64,000 nt of DNA, from NCBI RefSeq assembly GCF_024223415.1, contig NZ_CP100500.1. One strand, 5' to 3'. The notes below the pieces were generated by a model. The model worked only from the letters and a program-made list of their open reading frames with translations. It ran no database searches and was not told the DNA's origin. This DNA is from Escherichia coli. Lineage in GTDB: Bacteria; Pseudomonadota; Gammaproteobacteria; Enterobacterales; Enterobacteriaceae. Shown one piece after another: positions 26,126 to 40,654 of this stretch (its first letter is position 1; each line of letters starts with the position of its first letter). Made by a program: the position numbers and the translations under genes.

Positions 26126-27463
26126 TTAGTTTGGCAGCGTGCGATCTGGCGTCGTCACCGTACTGGCAGTTTGTGCCGTTGCACCCTGCGGCGCAGATTG
26201 CATCGGATGCGCAAGGAAATAATTGCGCAGGCCTTTGTAAATGGCTTCTGCCAGCTGTTGTTGGTAATCGTCGCTCGCCAGCAAACGTTCTTCGCTGTTG
26301 TTGCTGATAAAACCGGTTTCGACCAGTACTGATGGGATATCCGGCGAACGCAGAACGCCAAGGCTGGCGTGTTCTGGTCGACGTTTATGAATTTCGCCAA
26401 TGCGTTGCAACTGACTGATCATACTGGTCGCTACATCATACCCTACCCGCTGGGAATGACCGAACTGTAAATCCAGCACCGCCTGGCTTAAATAGGGGTC
26501 AGACTGACTGTTCGCCAGTACATCGCCCGCTCCGCCCAGTAGCTCTGACTGTTTCTCGTGCTGCTCCAGCCAGCTGGCCATTTCGCTGTTGGCGCGACGG
26601 TTAGAGAGCACCCATACGGAAGCGCCAGTCGCACTGCGGTTCGGTGCGGCATCAGCGTGAATCGACACGAGGAAATTGGCGTTTTGCTTACGTGCCACAT
26701 CGCTGCGCCCCATCACCGAGATAAAGTAATCCCCGTCACGGGTTAAAACGCCTTTAAACATCGGATCGTCATTGAGCAAAGTACGCAATTTACGCGCGAT
26801 GGCGATGGTGACATTTTTCTCCCGCGTACCACCGGGGCCGATAGCGCCAGGGTCCTGACCGCCGTGTCCGGCATCAATAGCGATGATAATTTTATCGCCA
26901 GTGTTAGCCGTCGCGCGCGCTGCCGGACGCGTTACCGTATTACTGCTGATAACACCCGTAGTGCGGTTACTTTCCGTTTTAAACGGATTGCGCGCCGGTT
27001 CGCTGACGCGCGGTGCGACAACCGTAGGCGTTTCAACGCGTTTCGCAACCACAGGCGGCGGAGGAGGCGGTGGCGGCGCATCGGCGTTAATCGTAAAGAC
27101 AACAGTGTAATTGCTGCCATTCTGCCGCTTCACCGCTTCGGTTTTACCATTTTCGGTAAGATCAACCACCAGCCGTAGCGTTTGTGCATCTTTAGGCGTT
27201 CCGGAGCGAATCGCCTTCACCAGATTATTACCGCTGAACAACAACGGCAGTCCCTGAATCACGCCCGTTTGTTTGATATCGAGCGCCACGGTGCGTTTGC
27301 TTTGATGGCTAAACGCATAATCAGGATCGCCAATAAAACTCAACGTTATCCGCGCCTGTTGGTTGCCGTTAGAAACCTGAATATCAGAGAGCGTCGCGGC
27401 ACCCACCTGCGCGCACAGCAGCAGCAACGTCGCTACCAACCAATTTCTGATGCGATACATCAT
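26126..27463 (-). CDS. amiB: N-acetylmuramoyl-L-alanine amidase AmiB
   Basis: ORF 26126..27478(-) trimmed to [23 protein letters not shown] (signal peptide), 445 aa; poly-Pro linker and Amidase_3 domain. Confidence 0.92.
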   Translation of the reverse strand: MMYRIRNWLVATLLLLCAQVGAATLSDIQVSNGNQQARITLSFIGDPDYAFSHQSKRTVALDIKQTGVIQGLPLLFSGNNLVKAIRSGTPKDAQTLRLVVDLTENGKTEAVKRQNGSNYTVVFTINADAPPPPPPPPVVAKRVETPTVVAPRVSEPARNPFKTESNRTTGVISSNTVTRPAARATANTGDKIIIAIDAGHGGQDPGAIGPGGTREKNVTIAIARKLRTLLNDDPMFKGVLTRDGDYFISVMGRSDVARKQNANFLVSIHADAAPNRSATGASVWVLSNRRANSEMASWLEQHEKQSELLGGAGDVLANSQSDPYLSQAVLDLQFGHSQRVGYDVATSMISQLQRIGEIHKRRPEHASLGVLRSPDIPSVLVETGFISNNSEERLLASDDYQQQLAEAIYKGLRNYFLAHPMQSAPQGATAQTASTVTTPDRTLPN

Positions 27464-27481
27464 CCCGCCACCTTTCAAAGG

Positions 27482-29460
<1,979 letters not shown>

Positions 29461-29462
<2 letters not shown>

Positions 29463-30600
29463 GTCAGAGCCCCTCGATCTCAATCAGTTAGCGCAAAAAA
29501 TTAAACAGTGGGGGCTGGAACTGGGCTTTCAGCAGGTAGGTATTACCGATACCGATCTCAGCGAGTCCGAGCCCAAACTGCAAGCATGGCTGGACAAACA
29601 ATACCACGGCGAAATGGACTGGATGGCACGTCACGGTATGCTGCGCGCTCGCCCCCATGAGTTATTGCCCGGTACGCTGCGCGTGATCAGCATGCGGATG
29701 AATTACCTTCCTGCTAACGCCGCATTTGCCAGCACGCTGAAAAACCCCAAACTCGGCTATGTTAGCCGTTATGCGCTGGGCCGTGACTATCACAAACTTC
29801 TGCGCAACCGACTCAAAAAGCTGGGCGAGATGATTCAGCAACATTGTGTTTCGCTGAATTTTAGACCGTTTGTCGATTCTGCGCCTATTCTCGAGCGCCC
29901 GTTAGCTGAAAAAGCTGGGCTCGGCTGGACAGGTAAGCACTCACTTATCCTCAATCGCGAGGCCGGTTCGTTCTTCTTTTTAGGCGAATTGCTGGTCGAT
30001 ATTCCGCTGCCCGTGGATCAACCAGTCGAGGAAGGATGCGGCAAATGCGTGGCCTGTATGACGATTTGCCCGACCGGTGCCATCGTCGAGCCATATACCG
30101 TCGATGCTCGCCGCTGTATCTCTTATCTCACCATCGAACTGGAAGGGGCGATCCCGGAAGAGTTGCGACCGTTAATGGGAAACCGTATTTACGGTTGCGA
30201 TGACTGCCAGCTTATCTGCCCGTGGAATCGCTATTCACAACTCACTACAGAAGACGATTTCAGCCCGCGTAAGCCGCTACACGCACCGGAACTCATTGAG
30301 TTATTCGCCTGGAGCGAAGAGAAGTTTTTAAAAGTCACGGAAGGTTCGGCGATTCGCCGTATAGGTCACCTGCGCTGGCTGCGTAATATCGCCGTGGCAT
30401 TAGGCAATGCGCCCTGGGATGAAACGATTCTGGCGGCGCTGGAGAGTCGCAAAGGTGAGCACCCACTTCTTGATGAGCACATAGCGTGGGCGATGGCGCA
30501 GCAAATCGAGAGGCGAAATGCGTGCATAGTCGAAGTGCAATTGCCGAAAAAACAGCGTCTGGTTCGGGTGATTGAAAAAGGGTTACCGCGTGACGCCTGA
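29461..30600 (+). CDS. queG: epoxyqueuosine reductase QueG
   Basis: ORF 29353..30600 trimmed to MSEPLDLNQLAQKIKQWGLELGF, 379 aa; two 4Fe-4S Cys clusters (CGKCVACMTICP ... CDDCQLICP). Confidence 0.9.
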
Positions 30601-30869
30601 TTCATCCACAGCTTGTGAATAAAAATAAAAACGCATTGCAATTCAAGACGAATAAAATCGTCAAGTGATCGACTCGACAAAACGGAATCTTAATTTTTAA
30701 CTTATCTATCAATAGGTTAAAAAAATACTATTCACCGTGCGAAATTTCTTTGAAATTAAGATTACAGCCTGAGGCTGTGGATAACTCTGTTTACAAGAGT
30801 TTGTCAGAGACAACAAAAACCAGCAATAACGCATCGCGTCGCTGTGGATATTTTATTGAGAGAAGAATT

Positions 30870-30945
<76 letters not shown>

Positions 30946-30980
30946 TTGGGTGGTCTGTGCCTTACAGCACTTTCAAATTT

Positions 30981-31056
<76 letters not shown>

Positions 31057-31092
31057 TTGGGTGGTCTGTGCTTTGCAGCACTTTTCAAATTT

Positions 31093-31168
<76 letters not shown>

Positions 31169-31378
31169 GTACTACTTAATTTTGCTTTCGTAATTTTCGC
31201 ATTTCTGCGTCGTTACGGGAGGCGCATTATACGAGAAATCTTTCCCTCTGCAACCCCCCTAAAAAATTTTTTTTGAGTTTTTATCTCAAGTGCTGAAATT
31301 ATCAGCAAGGCGTTCAATTTAGCGTCAAAATCACGCCGCCGCAAGTGGATTCCGACGCTTACGTGACCAGGAAAAATT

Positions 31379-31924
31379 TTACAGCTTGATAAAATGCTCG
31401 CGGTAGTAAGCCAGCTCCGCCACCGATTCACGGATATCATCCATCGCCTGATGCGTCCCCTGCTTGGTAAAACCATCCAAAATTTCCGGCTTCCAGCGGC
31501 GCGCCAGCTCTTTCAGTGTGCTGACATCGAGATAACGGTAGTGGAAGTAGGCTTCCAGCTCCGGCATGTATTTAAACAGGAAGCGACGATCCTGGCCGAT
31601 GCTGTTACCGCAAATCGGCGATTTACCCGCAGGCACCCACTGTTTTAAAAATTCGAGCGTTGCCAGTTCAGCTTCACGATCGCCCATCGTGCTCGCTTTC
31701 ACGCGCTCTACCAGCCCGCTGGCGGTATGGGTGCGCACGTTCCAGTCATCCATCAGCGCCAGCTGTTCATCGGACTGATGTACTGCAATGGTCGGCCCTT
31801 CTGCCAGAATATTCAGGTTGGCATCGGTCACCAGCGTGGCAATCTCAATAATGCGATCGCGCTCGGGATCCAGACCGGTCATCTCAAGATCGATCCAAAT
31901 CAGGTTGTTTTCATTGGCACTCAT
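31379..31924 (-). CDS. orn: oligoribonuclease Orn (DEDDh exonuclease)
   Basis: ORF 31379..32068(-) trimmed to [29 protein letters not shown], 181 aa. Confidence 0.92.
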
Positions 31925-32018
31925 GCTATTTTCCACCCATTCACAGTGACTATATTGATCCACAATTGCGTGTATCATAGATGTTTTGCCCATCAGGGGC
32001 GACCAGGAGTCTGTACGA

Positions 32019-33071
32019 TTGAGTAAAAATAAACTCTCCAAAGGCCAGCAGCGCCGCGTGAACGCCAATCACCAGCGTCGTCTTAAAACGTCTAAGGAGA
32101 AGTCCGACTACGACGACAATCTGTTTGGCGAGCCTGATGAAGGTATCGTCATCAGCCGCTTTGGTATGCACGCTGATGTGGAATCCGCCGATGGCGACGT
32201 TCACCGCTGCAATATTCGCCGCACCATCCGTTCACTGGTAACCGGCGACCGCGTAGTCTGGCGTCCGGGTAAACCGGCGGCGGAAGGCGTAAATGTCAAA
32301 GGCATCGTGGAAGCGGTGCATGAGCGCACCTCGGTGTTAACACGCCCGGATTTCTATGACGGCGTGAAACCCATCGCCGCCAACATCGACCAGATTGTCA
32401 TTGTCTCCGCCATTTTGCCGGAGCTGTCACTCAATATTATCGACCGTTACCTGGTGGCCTGCGAAACCTTGCAGATTGAGCCGATTATTGTGCTCAACAA
32501 GATAGACCTGCTGGACGACGAAGGTATGGAGTTCGTCAACGAGCAGATGGATATCTACCGCAATATCGGTTATCGCGTATTGATGGTTTCCAGCCATACT
32601 CAGGATGGGCTAAAACCGCTGGAAGAGGCGTTGACCGGGCGCATCAGCATTTTTGCCGGGCAGTCTGGCGTTGGTAAATCCAGCCTGCTGAACGCGTTGC
32701 TGGGGCTGCAAAAAGAGATCCTGACCAACGATGTCTCTGACAACTCGGGGCTCGGTCAGCACACCACGACCGCCGCTCGGCTGTATCACTTCCCGCACGG
32801 CGGTGATGTGATTGATTCCCCTGGTGTGCGTGAGTTCGGCCTCTGGCACCTGGAGCCGGAACAAATCACTCAGGGCTTTGTCGAATTCCATGACTATTTA
32901 GGTCTGTGTAAATATCGCGATTGCAAACACGATACCGATCCGGGCTGCGCTATCCGGGAAGCGGTTGAGGAAGGGAAAATCGCGGAAACCCGTTTCGAAA
33001 ACTATCACCGTATTCTGGAAAGCATGGCGCAGGTAAAAACGCGTAAAAACTTTTCTGATACGGATGACTGA
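32019..33071 (+). CDS. rsgA: ribosome small-subunit biogenesis GTPase RsgA
   Basis: ORF 31986..33071 trimmed to TTG start giving [22 protein letters not shown], 350 aa; circularly permuted GTPase and C-terminal Zn-finger Cys cluster. Confidence 0.9.
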
Positions 33072-33167
33072 CAATTAAGCTAACCGTCGTTAGAATCGTC
33101 CCCTTTTTTTCAGGATCCGGCATGTAGGCCGGATCAGGAACGACAAAACAATGGCCTGGAGGCTACC

Positions 33168-34136
33168 TTGTTAAATTCATTTAAACTTTCGCTACAGTAC
33201 ATTCTGCCGAAACTATGGCTTACTCGCCTGGCGGGTTGGGGCGCAAGCAAGCGGGCAGGATGGCTGACAAAACTGGTTATCGATCTGTTCGTTAAATACT
33301 ACAAGGTCGACATGAAAGAGGCGCAAAAGCCGGACACCGCCAGCTACCGCACCTTTAACGAATTCTTTGTCCGTCCGCTGCGTGACGAAGTACGCCCAAT
33401 CGATACCGATCCGAATGTCCTGGTTATGCCTGCCGATGGCGTTATCAGCCAGTTGGGTAAAATCGAAGAAGATAAAATCCTGCAAGCCAAAGGCCACAAC
33501 TACAGCCTCGAAGCCCTGCTGGCAGGCAACTATCTGATGGCGGACCTGTTCCGCAACGGTACGTTTGTGACCACTTACCTCTCCCCGCGTGACTACCACC
33601 GCGTACACATGCCGTGCAACGGTATTCTGCGTGAGATGATCTACGTGCCGGGCGATCTCTTCTCCGTTAACCATCTCACGGCTCAGAACGTGCCGAATCT
33701 GTTTGCCCGTAACGAACGCGTGATCTGCCTGTTCGATACCGAATTTGGCCCAATGGCGCAGATTCTGGTCGGTGCGACGATTGTAGGCAGCATTGAGACT
33801 GTCTGGGCGGGCACCATTACGCCGCCGCGCGAAGGCATCATCAAGCGCTGGACCTGGCCTGCCGGGGAAAACGACGGTTCTGTGGCACTGCTGAAAGGCC
33901 AGGAAATGGGTCGTTTTAAACTCGGTTCCACCGTTATCAACCTGTTTGCACCGGGTAAAGTGAATCTGGTTGAGCAACTGGAAAGCCTGTCTGTCACGAA
34001 AATTGGCCAGCCGCTGGCAGTATCTACCGAAACCTTTGTTACGCCAGACGCTGAACCAGCTCCACTTCCTGCTGAAGAGATCGAAGCAGAACACGACGCC
34101 AGCCCATTGGTTGACGATAAAAAAGACCAGGTCTAA
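33168..34136 (+). CDS. psd: phosphatidylserine decarboxylase proenzyme Psd
   Basis: ORF 322 aa, TTG start, [27 protein letters not shown]...; LGST self-cleavage motif (KLGSTV) present. Confidence 0.93.
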
Positions 34137-34157
34137 TCCATCAAAGGAAACGCTGAC

Positions 34158-37100
34158 GTGCGCCTGATTATCACTTTTCTGATGGCCTGGTGCCTCAGTT
34201 GGGGGGCGTACGCCGCGACGGCCCCCGATAGCAAACAAATCTCACAAGAACTGGAGCAGGCAAAAGCGGCGAAACCCGCACAGCCGGAAGTCGTAGAGGC
34301 GCTCCAGTCTGCCTTAAATGCGCTTGAGGAACGAAAAGGTTCCCTTGAGCGCATCAAGCAATATCAAGAAGTCATTGATAATTATCCGAAACTCTCCGCT
34401 ACTCTGCGCGCACAATTAAACAACATGCGTGACGAGCCGCGCAGCGTGTCGCCGGGGATGTCTACCGACGCGCTGAATCAGGAAATTCTCCAGGTCAGCA
34501 GTCAGTTGCTGGATAAAAGCCGTCAGGCCCAGCAAGAGCAGGAGCGCGCCCGCGAGATTGCCGATTCGCTGAATCAACTGCCGCAACAGCAAACCGACGC
34601 CCGCCGTCAGTTAAACGAGATCGAGCGCCGCCTGGGAACGCTTACCGGCAATACTCCGCTCAATCAGGCACAAAATTTCGCGTTGCAGTCTGACTCCGCA
34701 CGTCTTAAGGCGCTCGTTGATGAACTGGAGCTGGCGCAGCTGTCTGCCAATAACCGCCAGGAATTAGCGCGCTTGCGCTCAGAGCTGGCGGAAAAAGAGA
34801 GCCAGCAACTGGATGCGTATTTGCAGGCCTTGCGTAATCAATTGAACAGCCAACGCCAGCTTGAGGCAGAGCGGGCGCTGGAAAGTACCGAATTACTAGC
34901 AGAAAACAGTGCCGATTTGCCGAAAGATATCGTCGCGCAATTCAAAATTAACCGCGAACTATCGGCGGCTTTGAATCAACAGGCGCAGCGGATGGATCTC
35001 GTTGCCTCGCAACAGCGTCAGGCTGCCAGCCAGACGTTACAGGTCCGGCAGGCGTTGAATACGCTGCGTGAACAGTCGCAATGGCTGGGATCGTCCAATC
35101 TGCTCGGCGAAGCGTTGCGGGCGCAGGTGGCACGGCTGCCGGAAATGCCGAAACCACAACAGCTTGATACCGAAATGGCGCAGTTGCGTGTGCAACGGTT
35201 ACGTTATGAGGATCTGCTTAATAAACAGCCGCTGCTACGGCAAATTCATCAGGCCGACGGTCAGCCGCTGACTGCCGAGCAAAACCGTATTCTGGAAGCA
35301 CAGCTACGCACTCAGCGTGAGTTGCTGAACTCATTGTTGCAGGGTGGCGACACGCTACTGCTGGAACTGACCAAGCTGAAAGTCTCCAACGGGCAACTGG
35401 AAGATGCGCTGAAAGAAGTGAACGAAGCGACGCACCGCTATCTGTTCTGGACCTCTGACGTGCGCCCGATGACCATCGCCTGGCCGCTGGAAATCGCCCA
35501 GGATCTGCGTCGTCTCATTTCGCTGGACACCTTCAGTCAGTTGGGCAAAGCCAGTGTGATGATGCTGACCAGCAAAGAGACGATTTTGCCGCTGTTTGGC
35601 GCGTTGATTCTGGTCGGTTGCAGTATTTACTCGCGCCGCTATTTTACCCGTTTTCTTGAACGTTCGGCGGCGAAAGTCGGTAAAGTGACTCAGGATCACT
35701 TCTGGCTGACGTTACGCACTCTTTTCTGGTCGATTCTCGTCGCGTCACCGCTGCCGGTGCTGTGGATGACGCTGGGTTACGGCTTGCGCGAGGCGTGGCC
35801 TTATCCGCTGGCGGTCGCGATTGGCGATGGTGTAACGGCCACCGTGCCGCTGCTGTGGGTAGTGATGATTTGCGCCACCTTTGCCCGCCCGAACGGCTTG
35901 TTTATCGCTCATTTTGGCTGGCCGCGCGAACGTGTTTCTCGTGGGATGCGCTACTACCTGATGAGCATCGGGCTTATTGTGCCACTGATTATGGCGCTGA
36001 TGATGTTCGATAACCTCGACGACCGCGAATTTTCCGGTTCGCTGGGACGGCTTTGCTTTATCCTCATTTGCGGTGCGCTGGCGGTGGTCACCCTCAGCCT
36101 GAAAAAGGCCGGGATCCCGCTGTATCTCAACAAAGAGGGCAGCGGCGACAACATTACCAACCATATGCTGTGGAACATGATGATTGGCGCGCCACTGGTT
36201 GCCATTCTGGCGTCGGCGGTGGGTTATCTGGCAACGGCGCAGGCACTGTTAGCGAGGCTTGAAACCTCGGTTGCCATCTGGTTCCTGCTACTGGTGGTTT
36301 ATCACGTTATCCGCCGCTGGATGCTGATCCAACGACGCAGGCTGGCGTTTGACCGGGCGAAGCATCGCCGGGCAGAGATGTTAGCGCAACGTGCGCGTGG
36401 CGAAGAGGAAGCACATCATCACAGTAGCCCGGAAGGGGCAATTGAAGTCGATGAAAGCGAAGTCGATCTCGATGCCATCAGTGCGCAGTCCTTGCGGCTG
36501 GTGCGCTCAATTTTGATGTTGATCGCCCTGCTTTCGGTCATTGTGCTGTGGTCAGAAATCCATTCCGCTTTCGGCTTCCTCGAAAATATTTCGCTGTGGG
36601 ATGTCACCTCCACGGTACAGGGCGTAGAAAGTCTGGAGCCGATTACCCTCGGTGCGGTGCTGATTGCCATTCTGGTGTTTATCATCACCACGCAGCTGGT
36701 GCGCAATCTGCCCGCGCTGCTGGAACTGGCGATTTTGCAGCACCTGGATTTAACGCCGGGTACCGGCTACGCCATCACCACCATCACCAAATATCTGCTG
36801 ATGCTGATTGGCGGGCTGGTCGGCTTCTCGATGATTGGTATTGAGTGGTCGAAATTGCAGTGGCTGGTCGCCGCGCTCGGTGTTGGTCTCGGTTTTGGTT
36901 TGCAGGAAATTTTCGCCAACTTTATCTCTGGCCTGATCATCCTGTTCGAAAAACCGATTCGCATTGGCGATACGGTAACGATCCGCGATCTTACTGGTAG
37001 CGTGACAAAAATTAACACCCGCGCCACCACCATCAGCGACTGGGACCGTAAAGAGATAATCGTGCCGAACAAGGCGTTTATTACCGAGCAGTTTATCAAC

Positions 37101-37481
37101 TGGTCGCTCTCTGACTCGGTCACGCGCGTGGTGTTGACGATTCCGGCCCCTGCCGATGCCAACAGTGAAGAAGTGACGGAAATCCTGCTCACCGCAGCGC
37201 GTCGCTGCTCGCTGGTGATCGACAACCCGGCACCGGAAGTCTTCCTGGTGGATCTGCAACAGGGGATTCAGATTTTCGAGCTGCGTATTTACGCCGCTGA
37301 GATGGGTCACCGTATGCCGCTACGCCATGAGATCCACCAGCTGATTCTGGCTGGCTTCCATGCCCACGGTATCGATATGCCATTCCCGCCCTTCCAGATG
37401 CGTCTGGAAAGCCTCAACGGTAAACAAACGGGGAGAACGCTGACGTCTGCGGGCAAAGGTCGTCAGGCGGGAAGTTTGTAA
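34158..37481 (+). CDS. mscM: miniconductance mechanosensitive channel MscM (MscS family)
   Basis: ORF 1107 aa, GTG start, signal peptide plus long coiled-coil periplasmic domain, multi-TM region and MscS core. Confidence 0.92.
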   Translation: MRLIITFLMAWCLSWGAYAATAPDSKQISQELEQAKAAKPAQPEVVEALQSALNALEERKGSLERIKQYQEVIDNYPKLSATLRAQLNNMRDEPRSVSPGMSTDALNQEILQVSSQLLDKSRQAQQEQERAREIADSLNQLPQQQTDARRQLNEIERRLGTLTGNTPLNQAQNFALQSDSARLKALVDELELAQLSANNRQELARLRSELAEKESQQLDAYLQALRNQLNSQRQLEAERALESTELLAENSADLPKDIVAQFKINRELSAALNQQAQRMDLVASQQRQAASQTLQVRQALNTLREQSQWLGSSNLLGEALRAQVARLPEMPKPQQLDTEMAQLRVQRLRYEDLLNKQPLLRQIHQADGQPLTAEQNRILEAQLRTQRELLNSLLQGGDTLLLELTKLKVSNGQLEDALKEVNEATHRYLFWTSDVRPMTIAWPLEIAQDLRRLISLDTFSQLGKASVMMLTSKETILPLFGALILVGCSIYSRRYFTRFLERSAAKVGKVTQDHFWLTLRTLFWSILVASPLPVLWMTLGYGLREAWPYPLAVAIGDGVTATVPLLWVVMICATFARPNGLFIAHFGWPRERVSRGMRYYLMSIGLIVPLIMALMMFDNLDDREFSGSLGRLCFILICGALAVVTLSLKKAGIPLYLNKEGSGDNITNHMLWNMMIGAPLVAILASAVGYLATAQALLARLETSVAIWFLLLVVYHVIRRWMLIQRRRLAFDRAKHRRAEMLAQRARGEEEAHHHSSPEGAIEVDESEVDLDAISAQSLRLVRSILMLIALLSVIVLWSEIHSAFGFLENISLWDVTSTVQGVESLEPITLGAVLIAILVFIITTQLVRNLPALLELAILQHLDLTPGTGYAITTITKYLLMLIGGLVGFSMIGIEWSKLQWLVAALGVGLGFGLQEIFANFISGLIILFEKPIRIGDTVTIRDLTGSVTKINTRATTISDWDRKEIIVPNKAFITEQFINWSLSDSVTRVVLTIPAPADANSEEVTEILLTAARRCSLVIDNPAPEVFLVDLQQGIQIFELRIYAAEMGHRMPLRHEIHQLILAGFHAHGIDMPFPPFQMRLESLNGKQTGRTLTSAGKGRQAGSL

Positions 37482-37631
37482 TGCATGAAGCTGCCAAATG
37501 ATGTCAACGTGGCTCATTTAGCAGCTTAACATCATCTTCAGTTATCACCGGCCCTGGAGAGTATCATCCATACGCATTACTTCCTGACAACTCATCGCCG
37601 GAGAGACGATGAGTTGCAGGATTTCATATGA

Positions 37632-39134
37632 TCAGTCGAGAGCTAACTCAGGTTTATTCGCCATGCGACTGCAATAGTTCTGGTAAATCGCCATCGCTAA
37701 CAGCGAGAAGAAGACAGGGCCGCCAATCATCCACAATGTGCTGTCCCAGTCTCCGGCTTCAACCACAGGCTGAATGATGGTGAAGACGTTCGCAAATGTC
37801 ACCACCAGTACGACAACCACTGTCGCAATCATTGCCGACAAATGCGTTTTGAAAATCACAAATGGTCTGTCGAGATCCTGACGTGCTTTAAAGAATGGGA
37901 AAGCCAGCGCGAGGAACAGGTAAGGAAGCGTCATAGACACGTTCGCCATCAGCGTCAGCTTGTTAAAGAACGCCGATGCGGTACCGCCACCAAACGAAAC
38001 CAGCAGGATGAAGACAGTAACCAACCCGCACTGCATCCACATGGCGATAGACGGCATCCCCATCGCATTCAGGCGCGTCATCGGTTCCGGCCACAACGCT
38101 TTCGGCGTCCCCTGGATGATGGCTTTCAGCGGTGAATAGCAAAGCGTAAAGAACGCACCGGTATAAGCGAGGAACATCGAAAGTCCGGTAATACGCGCAA
38201 ACCATACGCCCAGCGACAATGACGCTTCAGGTGACAAATGCAGTGCGTTACCCAGCGTCACCCCGAGGCTCTTCATCAGCACATAGGTAATATTGCCAAG
38301 GTTAACGGAACCATTACTTAATACCTGCTGCCAGTTTGTGCTGACGCCCCATAAAAATATTGCCAGCGAATAACCGATTGAAATAACAATAGCGGCAAAA
38401 ACAATACCTTTGGCAAAGTTCTTTTCTGGATTTTCCGTTTTATCGACCAGACCACCAACCGCTTCAATTCCGCCATAGGCAAAAATAGCAAATACCACAA
38501 ACGATAGCATTGCCAGACCGGACTGATAACCCGGGTTCGGCGATGCAAGGAAATTAATATCCTGCGCGAAATGCCCACCATTTAATAACAAAATAGTAAT
38601 GCTTACTAACAGCAATACTAAATTCAGACACATTACTGCAATACCGCCCACCGCAGTAATGCGGGCAATTTTATTAATCCCCTTAGAAGCAACGACGGTG
38701 ACCAGAATCATCCATGCCACTGCCAGCAGACCAACCACCTGCGTAGGCTCCAGTCCGGCAATACGCCAGTGCTGGGTCATGTCGCTACCATAGAGGAATG
38801 TTGAGAACGGTACCCAAACTTTCGCGGAGGTACTCACCATCCAGATGATATAAGAGGAAAACCACATAAACGTACCAATGAAGGCAAAACGTGGTCCGAC
38901 ACTATTATTCATCCAGGAATAGATACCACCTTCTTCTTTGCGATAAGCAGCTCCCATTTCAGCCATCATTAAGGCGAATGGAATAAAGAATAACAATGCA
39001 GAAAATATATAAAAGGGAATCGCACTATAACCCATTAAGTAATAAGCCGATGGGCTATTGGCAAATCCAAATACGGAAGTAAAGATCATCAATATGAGTC
39101 CTATCAGACTCATCTTTTTTATCGTGTGAGGCAT
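37632..39134 (-). CDS. yjeM: APC-superfamily amino-acid/polyamine transporter YjeM
   Basis: ORF 37632..39176(-) trimmed to MPHTIKKMSLIGLILMIFTSVFG, 500 aa, polytopic. Confidence 0.88.
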   Translation of the reverse strand: MPHTIKKMSLIGLILMIFTSVFGFANSPSAYYLMGYSAIPFYIFSALLFFIPFALMMAEMGAAYRKEEGGIYSWMNNSVGPRFAFIGTFMWFSSYIIWMVSTSAKVWVPFSTFLYGSDMTQHWRIAGLEPTQVVGLLAVAWMILVTVVASKGINKIARITAVGGIAVMCLNLVLLLVSITILLLNGGHFAQDINFLASPNPGYQSGLAMLSFVVFAIFAYGGIEAVGGLVDKTENPEKNFAKGIVFAAIVISIGYSLAIFLWGVSTNWQQVLSNGSVNLGNITYVLMKSLGVTLGNALHLSPEASLSLGVWFARITGLSMFLAYTGAFFTLCYSPLKAIIQGTPKALWPEPMTRLNAMGMPSIAMWMQCGLVTVFILLVSFGGGTASAFFNKLTLMANVSMTLPYLFLALAFPFFKARQDLDRPFVIFKTHLSAMIATVVVVLVVTFANVFTIIQPVVEAGDWDSTLWMIGGPVFFSLLAMAIYQNYCSRMANKPELALD

Positions 39135-39352
39135 GAAACCATCCTTCATTTCAGCGCGTGTATAAAACGCGCCCACTGAACTGCACTGCCCAACATTGAG
39201 CGGGCAGCGTAAAAACCAATACAGAATTGATACCTGGATGATATCAAATATCCAGTCTTAAATTGTGGCCTTTAGCGGAAAAATGAAAACATATGCTACA
39301 GAATGGCGCTTATCACGCCATTCTTCGCTGTTAATTCAGTAATTTTTCAGAA

Positions 39353-40330
39353 TTATGCCCGGTCAACGCTAAAGGCGATGACTTCAGCCAGTGTCTCCGC
39401 ACCCAGCGCCAACATCACCAGACGATCAACACCTAATGCCACGCCGGAACAGTCAGGCATACCGACTTTCAAGGCTTCAATCAGATTCTGGTCAATGGGG
39501 TGCTGCGGCAAACCGCGCGCCGCGCGCTTACGGTTATCTTGTTCAAAGCGTTGTTGCTGCTCACGGGCATCCGTCAATTCATGGAAACCATTCGCCAGCT
39601 CAATACCTTTATAATAAACCTCAAAGCGTTCAGCGACCCGATGATCTTCGGTACTGATTTGCGCCAGTGATGCCTGGCTGGCTGGAAAGTGGTACACAAA
39701 GGTCGGTTTTTCTTTACCAATATTTGGCTCTACGCCAAAGGTAAACAGCAATTGTAGCAACGTGTCGCGGTCTTCTTCGGTATCAGCAACATTGCTCAAA
39801 TCCAGTTTCGCTGCCACTTCCCGCAGTTGCGTTTTGTCGGCAGAGAGTGGGTCAATTTCCAGATAACGCAAGAAAGCTTGTTGATAAGAAAGGCTTTCTG
39901 CTGCCGGGCAGTCCAGCACCTGTTGTAAGAGATCGTCCACCTCGTTCATCAACCGGTACATATCATAGTGCGGTCGATACCACTCCAGCATAGTGAACTC
40001 AGGGTTGTGATAACGCCCCATCTCTTCATTACGGAAACTGCGGCACAGCTGGAATACCGGCCCGCAACCGGCAACCAGCAGGCGTTTCATATGGTATTCC
40101 GGGCTGGTCATTAACCAGAGATTCATCCCCTGCGAATGCCCGGGGCCAACGAAACGTGTCTCAAACGGGACCAAATGAATATCGGTTACCGTCGCCTGGC
40201 TCATACAAGGCGTCTCCACCTCCAGCACTCCACGATCGGCAAAGAAACGACGGATCTCCGCCATAATCGCCGCGCGTTTTAATAAGTTAGGAATGGATGC
40301 GCTCGGCTGCCAGGATGCCGTTTCGCTCAT
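39353..40330 (-). CDS. epmA: EF-P lysine-34 beta-lysyltransferase EpmA (class II LysRS paralogue)
   Basis: ORF 39353..40375(-) trimmed to [30 protein letters not shown], 325 aa. Confidence 0.92.
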   Translation of the reverse strand: MSETASWQPSASIPNLLKRAAIMAEIRRFFADRGVLEVETPCMSQATVTDIHLVPFETRFVGPGHSQGMNLWLMTSPEYHMKRLLVAGCGPVFQLCRSFRNEEMGRYHNPEFTMLEWYRPHYDMYRLMNEVDDLLQQVLDCPAAESLSYQQAFLRYLEIDPLSADKTQLREVAAKLDLSNVADTEEDRDTLLQLLFTFGVEPNIGKEKPTFVYHFPASQASLAQISTEDHRVAERFEVYYKGIELANGFHELTDAREQQQRFEQDNRKRAARGLPQHPIDQNLIEALKVGMPDCSGVALGVDRLVMLALGAETLAEVIAFSVDRA

Positions 40331-40507
40331 AGTTAAATCTCCAGTTTTTGACAAGGGCACGAAGTCTACTCGCAACGCGACGGCGAGACAAATTTTACGC
40401 AGGAATAAAACAACGGTGGGCAGTGACTAAAAAAAGCACGATCTGATGGTTTAGTAATTAAATTAATCATCTTCAGTGATAATTTAGCCCTCTTGCGCAC
40501 TAAAAAA

Positions 40508-40523
40508 ATCGATCTCGTCAAAT
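40508..40523 (+). promoter_or_regulatory. candidate FNR half-site pair upstream of frdA
   Basis: atcgatctcgtcaaat resembles TTGAT-N4-ATCAA about 130 bp upstream of the frdA GTG start. Confidence 0.4.
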
Positions 40524-40654
40524 TTCAGACTTATCCATCAGACTATACTGTTGTACCTATAAAGGAGCAGTGGAATAGCGTTCGCAGACCGTAACTTTCA
40601 GGCACTTACCCTGAAGTACGGGGCTGTGGGATAAAAACAATCTGGAGGAATGTC

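Noticed and set aside
26883-27120. Plus and minus ORFs with poly-Gly and Arg-rich products inside amiB
   Set aside because: They are antisense or out-of-frame reads of the AmiB poly-proline linker (CCN repeats).
33105-33140. Palindromic gatccggcatgtaggccggatc between rsgA and psd
   Set aside because: It looks REP-related, but I could not match it confidently to the canonical REP consensus, so it is not listed as a feature.
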